DNA from: Thermoproteota archaeon
GTDB lineage: Archaea; Korarchaeota; Korarchaeia; Korarchaeales; Korarchaeaceae
Assembly (NCBI GenBank): GCA_015522685.1
Contig: WALU01000001.1
Coordinates: forward strand, 1-14,739
Length of the DNA: 14,739 bases
Direction of reading: 5' to 3'
Part shown: positions 1 to 5,827 of the stretch, in pieces
Layout of the letters: every line of letters starts with the position of its first letter
Numbering within the stretch: the stretch's first letter is position 1
Made by a program: the position numbers and the translations under genes
Notes under the pieces: model-generated
The model's input: only the letters and a program-made list of their open reading frames with translations
Told to the model about the DNA's origin: nothing
Database searches by the model: none

Positions 1-352
1 ATCCAGTGAGATTCATCTTACTTTTAATTATCAGAAGGGTCAACTCACATATAACAAATTTCTTCATACAATTTGATTTATCTATTTATTATTTAAATTG
101 ATTTCTTCGATCGATCGAAAAATAGAGAATTTACGCTGTCTTACAGTAAACATAAGCCCTATGAAGAACTCTAATCCCAGAGCGATCATAAGTATGAATA
201 TAAAGATATAAGCCTAAAAACGCGAAGTAATTACCAGTAACGCTCATGAGCTCAAATAATTTTTATTTAGGATCCTCCCTTCAAAGTTTTTCTTAAAAAC
301 GTAAAATTTCGAGATTAAGTTGCAAAGGGTATGCTAACTAAAAGATAGACCT

Positions 353-358
353 AAAAAA
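353..358 (-). terminator. Candidate archaeal oligo-T terminator of acs
   Basis: TTTTTT on the minus strand about 22-27 nt past the acs stop, within a pyrimidine-rich tract. Confidence 0.35.
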
Positions 359-379
359 TAGTAAGGAAGTTTTAAGGCT

Positions 380-2314
380 TCACTCAAGTTCCTTTTTAAG
401 CTCATCATATGCTTTCTTTATTTCTTCGACTGATGCTTCATCTTCCAGAGTTGTTATATCACCCAATGGCTGATCTGAAACGACTGATTTGAGTAACCTC
501 CTCATTATCTTTCCGCTTCTCGTTTTAGGTAACTTATCCACAAAGAATATGTTTGCAGGTGTAGCTATTGGCCCTATCTGATTCCTCACGTATTTGACCA
601 ATTCCTCTCTAAGGCTATTTAGTGGACTATAGCCTTCTCTCAACACGACGAACGCGACAGGAACTTCTCCCTTGACGGGATCAGCTTTTCCTGCAACGGC
701 TGCTTCAGCAACCGCTGGATAAGAGACTAAAACGCTTTCTAGCTCAGTAGTTCCAATTCTATGCGCAGCTACTTTCAATACTTCATCAGCTCTACCTAAG
801 AGCCAGAAGTATCCATCAGAATCTCTCATAGCATAATCACCAGTATAGTAGAATCCAGGGAACTTCTTATAGTAGACCTCTACGTATCTCTCAGGATCCT
901 TCCAGAGAGTTTGTAGCATGCCAGGCCAAGGCTTCTTTATGATGAGGTAGCCTCTTTCACCTGGTTCAACACGTTTTCCATTATCATTTACGACTTCAGC
1001 ATCGATGCCCGGCAATGGAAAAGTTGCTGAGCCTGGTTTTAACGGAGCCAGTTCCACTCCAGCTGATGGTGATATCATAAAGCCACCTGTTTCTGTTTGC
1101 CACCATGTATCGATTATCGGACATCTCTCTCCCCCGACATTCTTATAGTACCAGTTCCATGCTTCAGGATTTATTGGTTCACCCACGCTTCCAAGTATTC
1201 TAAGAGAGCTCAAATCATGTTTTTTAACCCATTCTTCACCGTATCTCATGAATGCTCTGATTGCCGTTGGAGCCGTATATATGATCGTAACACCATATTT
1301 CTCTATTATACTCCACCACCTATCCGGATGTGGGTAGTCTGGTGCACCTTCATACATTATGGAAGTTAGCCCATGCATAAGGGGAGAATATACGATGTAG
1401 CTGTGACCAGTTACCCATCCTATGTCAGCTGCGCACCACCAAACATCCTCCTCTCGTGGATCAAAGGCCCATTTAAGTGTCCAGTACACCCAAGCTAAGT
1501 ATCCCCCTGTACTGTGCTCAACTCCCTTAGGTTTTCCTGTTGTTCCAGAAGTATATAAGATATAGAGCGGATGGGTCGACTCGACAGGCTCCGGTTCAAC
1601 GTAGGTATCTGGTTCTATCCCAGCGAGAAGCTCATGAAGCCAATAATCTCTATTTTCTACCATATTAACTTTGCTGCCCGTTCTCCTAACAACTATCACG
1701 CTCTCAATGGATGGAGTCAGCTTCAGAGCTTTATCAGCCCATTCTTTTAAGGGGATTATTTTCCCTCTTCTATAGGCGCCATCGGCTGTTATCAGAATCT
1801 TCGAGTTGGAGTCGTTTATCCTGCTCGCTAGAGATTCACCGCTAAACCCGGAGAAGACAACGCTATGTATTGCTCCTATCCTAGCGCATGCAAGCATTAC
1901 CATCGGAAGTTCAGGAATCATGGGAAGATAGAGAGTTACTCGATCGCCTTTCTTAACGCCCATATTCTTTAAGATTTTCGCTATCCTGTTCACTTCTTTG
2001 TAAAGCTGATAGTATGTGATCACGCGTGTATCTCCCGGCTCACCTTCCCATATGTAAGCTACCTTGTTCTTCCTCCACGTTTTAATATGAACATCGAGTG
2101 CGTTATAGCTAGCGTTTATCTTACCTCCAACGAACCATTTGTAGAATGGAGGATTGGATGCGTCCAGAACCTTATCCCATGTTTTAAACCATTGAAGCGC
2201 ACGTGCATGCTCTGACCAGAACCCTTCAGGGTCTTCTATAGATCTTTCCCAATACTCCTCTAGCCTCTTGACTGGAATTATTCTAGACTCAACCGGAAGC
2301 GTCTCTTTGCTCAT
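380..2314 (-). CDS. acs: Acetyl-CoA synthetase (AMP-forming acetate--CoA ligase)
   Basis: Motifs [14 protein letters not shown] (A3), [38 protein letters not shown] and [12 protein letters not shown] (A10 Lys). The ORF track starts at 2338, but ATG 2314 (MSKETLP) follows a GAGGGA SD-like stretch and is the likelier start. Confidence 0.96.
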   Translation of the reverse strand: MSKETLPVESRIIPVKRLEEYWERSIEDPEGFWSEHARALQWFKTWDKVLDASNPPFYKWFVGGKINASYNALDVHIKTWRKNKVAYIWEGEPGDTRVITYYQLYKEVNRIAKILKNMGVKKGDRVTLYLPMIPELPMVMLACARIGAIHSVVFSGFSGESLASRINDSNSKILITADGAYRRGKIIPLKEWADKALKLTPSIESVIVVRRTGSKVNMVENRDYWLHELLAGIEPDTYVEPEPVESTHPLYILYTSGTTGKPKGVEHSTGGYLAWVYWTLKWAFDPREEDVWWCAADIGWVTGHSYIVYSPLMHGLTSIMYEGAPDYPHPDRWWSIIEKYGVTIIYTAPTAIRAFMRYGEEWVKKHDLSSLRILGSVGEPINPEAWNWYYKNVGGERCPIIDTWWQTETGGFMISPSAGVELAPLKPGSATFPLPGIDAEVVNDNGKRVEPGERGYLIIKKPWPGMLQTLWKDPERYVEVYYKKFPGFYYTGDYAMRDSDGYFWLLGRADEVLKVAAHRIGTTELESVLVSYPAVAEAAVAGKADPVKGEVPVAFVVLREGYSPLNSLREELVKYVRNQIGPIATPANIFFVDKLPKTRSGKIMRRLLKSVVSDQPLGDITTLEDEASVEEIKKAYDELKKELE

Positions 2315-2407
2315 TTTGCATCCCTCATTTCCCTTCAAACTCGGTTTCTTTAATTGATGAAGCTAAATTTTTAAAGTTAATCCTTTCAGAGAACAAGTAT
2401 TCGTAAT

Positions 2408-2827
2408 TTATCTCAGTAGTATTCCTGCATCAAGGATCATTTTCTTATGATCAAATGCTAACTTAAGAGATTTTAATTCGTTCATCTGTAAGATGGCTAC
2501 TCCTCCAGCATCTAGAGAAGCTTTAGAATAACCTCCCATCTTCCTGTACAAGTGGTATATAGATATCACATATTCTGTTCTCTCAGATCTTACTTGGATT
2601 GAATTGAAGTAAACACCAAATAGCCTTACCTTAACACATTAACTCTTAAATACGTCTCCTCCAATACTTCCCTTTTCGTCGCCTCCTCGGTCATTTCACT
2701 GTATTCGAAGAAGCTGTCTATAAGAGGCCAAAAGTCCTTAAATGGCTTTTGTTTAACTGAGATTATTCCTTCACCAGTTAAAACTATCCCATTTACAGTA
2801 ACTAGGAGATTTCTAGATTTGCCCCAT
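2408..2827 (-). pseudogene. Degraded Nudix hydrolase (ADP-ribose pyrophosphatase-like)
   Basis: Manual translation: M / GKSRNLLVTVNGIVLTGEGIISVKQKPFKDFWPLIDSFFEYSEMTEEATKREVLEETYLRVNVLR* / RLFGVYFNSIQVRSERTEYVISIYHLYRKMGGYSKASLDAGGVAILQMNELKSLKLAFDHKKMILDAGILLR*. It has Nudix box spacing (G)x5Ex7REVLEET(G)L with both glycines mutated and the C-terminal LAFDH motif. Frameshifts lie in the G4 run after the ATG and at a TAAGG duplication (2624-2633). Confidence 0.85.
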
Positions 2828-2961
2828 TTAAATTAAATAAGCTGATAGTTCAGGTGATTTTGATTTGCGAATAAGACTTTAAAGAGACTTTCCAAATCTA
2901 AACTTCTAGAAGAGTACATCATGCATAAGCCAGTTCACTCCTAACTAACATATCCTGACGA

Positions 2962-2969
2962 TTAATAAG
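2962..2969 (+). promoter_or_regulatory. Candidate TATA box for ORF 2990 (likely leaderless transcript)
   Basis: TTAATAAG 21-28 nt upstream of ATG 2990, with no SD motif before the ATG. Confidence 0.4.
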
Positions 2970-2989
2970 TTAAGTATACTCGATTCTTT

Positions 2990-3619
2990 ATGCCAAATTC
3001 AAAGGCCTTCAGATTGGATCTGGAGACATTAGCTGAAAGGATAGCAGAGATAAGTGTACCAAAACAGAGGCTCTTACCTCTAATAGATAGACTGACTAAT
3101 CTTTATAAAATGGGAGCAGTGAAGATTAATCATTCTGCTATGGAACTTGTTATTGCAGCTCATCTCATAGAAAAAGGATATTTAGTAGATATAGAGGTTC
3201 CTTTGGGCGATTTAAGATGCGATGTTATGGGAATAAATAATGAAAAGGTTATTGTCGAGGTTGAGACAGGCTTCGTCCCACCTGACCATGCTTTAGACCC
3301 AGATAGCTTTTGCAGGGCTAGAATAGCAAGCAAGATAGCTAGGTATAGTAGATATGCGGATAAGTTTTACCTTGCAGCCCCACCCACTTACTTTATGGAA
3401 ATACCGTCGTTTCTACTGATGCCTCCTCATATTCATTCCGAGATTGGGCTAATGAAATGGAAAGAGTTATTGGATAGATATTATAAGAATCCACCTATAC
3501 CACTAAAGTTACTGAGAATCGCGAAGCTAAATGGAGTTCTTGTAACGTACGTTGATGAGGGGAGGGTTATAGAGCTGAGCGTTGGATCATATGTTAGGCT
3601 GTGCCTCCAAGGAAAATAA
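2990..3619 (+). CDS. Conserved archaeal hypothetical protein, PD-(D/E)xK nuclease-like fold
   Basis: 209-aa ORF. The pattern H..ME helix ... IEVPLGDLRCDVMG ... VIVEVETG fits the E-D-ExK topology, with E in place of K. Confidence 0.7.
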   Translation: MPNSKAFRLDLETLAERIAEISVPKQRLLPLIDRLTNLYKMGAVKINHSAMELVIAAHLIEKGYLVDIEVPLGDLRCDVMGINNEKVIVEVETGFVPPDHALDPDSFCRARIASKIARYSRYADKFYLAAPPTYFMEIPSFLLMPPHIHSEIGLMKWKELLDRYYKNPPIPLKLLRIAKLNGVLVTYVDEGRVIELSVGSYVRLCLQGK

Positions 3620-3673
3620 AAAGATAATTGAAAGGATATACCTGTATACCATAAAAGAAGAGCATAGGAATTT

Positions 3674-3784
3674 TCGGGGGGATCCTCAGTCATTGACCGA
3701 GTTTTCTCTAATCCACCCCTTTCGGGGCTTATAGAATTTCAGTAATCAAGGCTAACCTCAATTACCTACTCCTCCCTTTCCCGA
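3674..3784 (-). ncRNA. Candidate structured RNA / 3'-UTR element (four-way junction), family unknown
   Basis: A closing stem (UCGGG-aaa-GGGA / UCCC-CCCGA) encloses three hairpins at 3741-3766, 3706-3736 and 3685-3701. Several pairs are G-U on the minus strand but A-C on the plus strand, and the central hairpin has a GAAA tetraloop. Confidence 0.5.
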
Positions 3785-3792
3785 CAATACTT

Positions 3793-4335
3793 TTAGTAGA
3801 TGGCGGCTAATAAACCTTTGGTATTTTTCTTTAATAGCCATTGATTTCCGCTGAAGGTCGCAATGGTTGCAGTTGTAAGTAATTGTTCTTCTCTTATCCC
3901 TAACCATATATCTATCGCCTCCTCAACAGTTCTGATCAGTTTCTGATTAGGCTTCCCTAGGGAAACCCCAGGGCATCTCTGGTCCACATATACGTAAAAG
4001 CCTCCGAGTTTGTGTTGAAAATAAGCTTCTTCATCCCTTCCATATTCCGGTCTCTTATATACATGAAAGGGCCATAGCTTACAGGCTACAGGTTTAAGCC
4101 CAATATCTTGGAGAGAGCACATAAGCTTGCCGTTTCGACTTACAAGAAATGGACAGGCCTTTCCTTCTTCTTTCTCTATGTACTCCTTCCCTCCAATAAT
4201 TGCTATCTTATCTAGCCCAAATGCCTCTGCAATTTTCAAAGCCTCATAAGACTTGAGGGGTACTCTAAAGTAAAAGCAGCATAATCCGCATCTATAGCAT
4301 GTGAAGTTGCTTATCCTCCTCCAAGGTAGGAGCAT
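3793..4335 (-). CDS. YkgJ-family cysteine-cluster (CxxCxxCC, putative Fe-S/Zn-binding) protein
   Basis: Motifs FTCYRCGLCC, CPFL, CSLQ...KPVACKLWPF and CPG. SD GAGGTGA lies 4 nt before the ATG. Confidence 0.85.
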   Translation of the reverse strand: MLLPWRRISNFTCYRCGLCCFYFRVPLKSYEALKIAEAFGLDKIAIIGGKEYIEKEEGKACPFLVSRNGKLMCSLQDIGLKPVACKLWPFHVYKRPEYGRDEEAYFQHKLGGFYVYVDQRCPGVSLGKPNQKLIRTVEEAIDIWLGIREEQLLTTATIATFSGNQWLLKKNTKGLLAAIY

Positions 4336-4339
4336 AGGC

Positions 4340-4375
4340 TCACCTCTAGAGTTAATTATATTTCAAGTATATTTA
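4340..4375 (-). promoter_or_regulatory. SD (GAGGTGA, 4340-4346) and TATA-like box (TAAATATA, 4368-4375) for the ykgJ-like gene
   Basis: Read directly in the 85-bp nuoN-ykgJ spacer. Confidence 0.5.
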
Positions 4376-4420
4376 CTTACACTTTCCATGATCATCTATC
4401 GAATGGCAGTCTAGCAGTTG

Positions 4421-5824
4421 TTAGGAAAGGAGCGAAGCCAGTACATTTATAAGCCCTAATCCAGGGATTATTGTTAGGAGCGCGGTTATTACTAACACAT
4501 ATATCTCCAAGTCTGGTGTCTCTTCCTTAACATCAACCTTTGGCGGATCTGAGAAGAGTAGATACCTTATGACCATTGCGTAGTAGCCAACTGAGATACC
4601 ACTGTTTATTATGCCAAGGAAGGCAAGCCAAGGAGCTACTTCCATTATAGAGTAGAAGATATACATGAATTTGCTCCAGAATCCCATTAGGGGAGGCATT
4701 CCCATTAAGCTAAGCAGTAATATAGATATGGATGTGCCAGAGAAGGGCAACTTTCTACCAACTCCACTCAGCCCTTCCAATGTGAGGTCGAATCCTTTTC
4801 TAGCAAAGTAAGCCAGCCCAACGAATATTCCTACCTTAGCTAGGACATATGTCGTGACGTGAAGTCCTATTCCCTCAAGAGCTATAATTTTAGTGTTAGA
4901 GAAGGATAAGGCAGCGAATGCTATGAGGAAGTAGCCTGCCTGACCTATACTAGAGTATGCCATCATCCTCTGAACATTTTTCTGCACGAGTGCAGCTAGA
5001 TTGCCATAGAACATAGTTATTACGGAGAGAAAAGTCATTATCCAGAACCATTCATTTTGAATCGATGGTATCAGGGGCTGGAGAACCCTAAGAAATGCTC
5101 CTATGCTTATGAGCTTTATTACACCAGCGATGAATGAGACTATCAAGGGATGAGCTCCTCCATAGACATCAGGTAGCCATCCATGGAAGGGAACCACGCC
5201 AAGCTTGAAGCCGAAAGAAGCTATAAGCATCATAACTCCCATTAAGAGGATCGCTTTTATTGAATGAGGAACTACCGTGAATTGTACAAAAGCACTCGTT
5301 TTAGTCACACCTAAGACCAAAGCCAAGCCAAATATTAGGAGGGATGAAGATGCAACTCCCATTAAAGCATACTTAGCTGCGGCTTCCAAGGAATTATCAT
5401 CTTTCTTTATGCCTACTAACACATAAGAAGCAACTGACACTAGAGCCCATGCTGGGACAAGTACAGATGCATCAGCCACGTAAAGCACGAAGTAGACACC
5501 AAGCAAAGCCAGCATCATGAGAGAATATAAGCTAGGAGACGTGCTCCATTCTTTAGCTTGAGCAAGAGAGGCTAAGCTAACTAAAAATGCTCCTAGTGTT
5601 GCGATTAGTGCTATATATGTAGCTAGTGGACCTATTCTTAGTACTCCGTTAAAGAGATATCCGCTCTTCCCTACTAGAGTAGTAAGAAGCCCGAGTGCTA
5701 TGGCAGTCGCTAATACCGTTAGATAGGGACTTATTCTACTACTTTCCTTCAGACAATCTATCGTTGGAAGCATGAGCCCAAGGCCGCCTAGCAAGACAAT
5801 TAAGGACCATATTACAGCTTCCAT
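4421..5824 (-). CDS. nuoN: Complex I-like antiporter subunit N
   Basis: 467 aa, polytopic. Motifs EAAAKY, GFKLGVVPFHGWLPDVYGGA, RMMAYSSI and GMPPLMGFWSKF. Confidence 0.93.
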   Translation of the reverse strand: MEAVIWSLIVLLGGLGLMLPTIDCLKESSRISPYLTVLATAIALGLLTTLVGKSGYLFNGVLRIGPLATYIALIATLGAFLVSLASLAQAKEWSTSPSLYSLMMLALLGVYFVLYVADASVLVPAWALVSVASYVLVGIKKDDNSLEAAAKYALMGVASSSLLIFGLALVLGVTKTSAFVQFTVVPHSIKAILLMGVMMLIASFGFKLGVVPFHGWLPDVYGGAHPLIVSFIAGVIKLISIGAFLRVLQPLIPSIQNEWFWIMTFLSVITMFYGNLAALVQKNVQRMMAYSSIGQAGYFLIAFAALSFSNTKIIALEGIGLHVTTYVLAKVGIFVGLAYFARKGFDLTLEGLSGVGRKLPFSGTSISILLLSLMGMPPLMGFWSKFMYIFYSIMEVAPWLAFLGIINSGISVGYYAMVIRYLLFSDPPKVDVKEETPDLEIYVLVITALLTIIPGLGLINVLASLLS

Positions 5825-5827
5825 ATT

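Noticed and set aside
2874-2891. AGACTTT direct repeat in the nudix/hypothetical divergent spacer
   Set aside because: A 7-bp repeat in AT-rich DNA is within chance expectation.
3668-3710. Hammerhead ribozyme (CUGAGGA and GAAA on the minus strand)
   Set aside because: The core motifs are not separated by the required stems I-III, and CUGAG is paired within hairpin P4.
3674-3784. tRNA or SECIS identity for the cloverleaf-like fold
   Set aside because: There is no T-loop (TTCRA), D-loop GG, 7-nt anticodon loop or CCA, and no upstream gene has an in-frame UGA at a Cys position.
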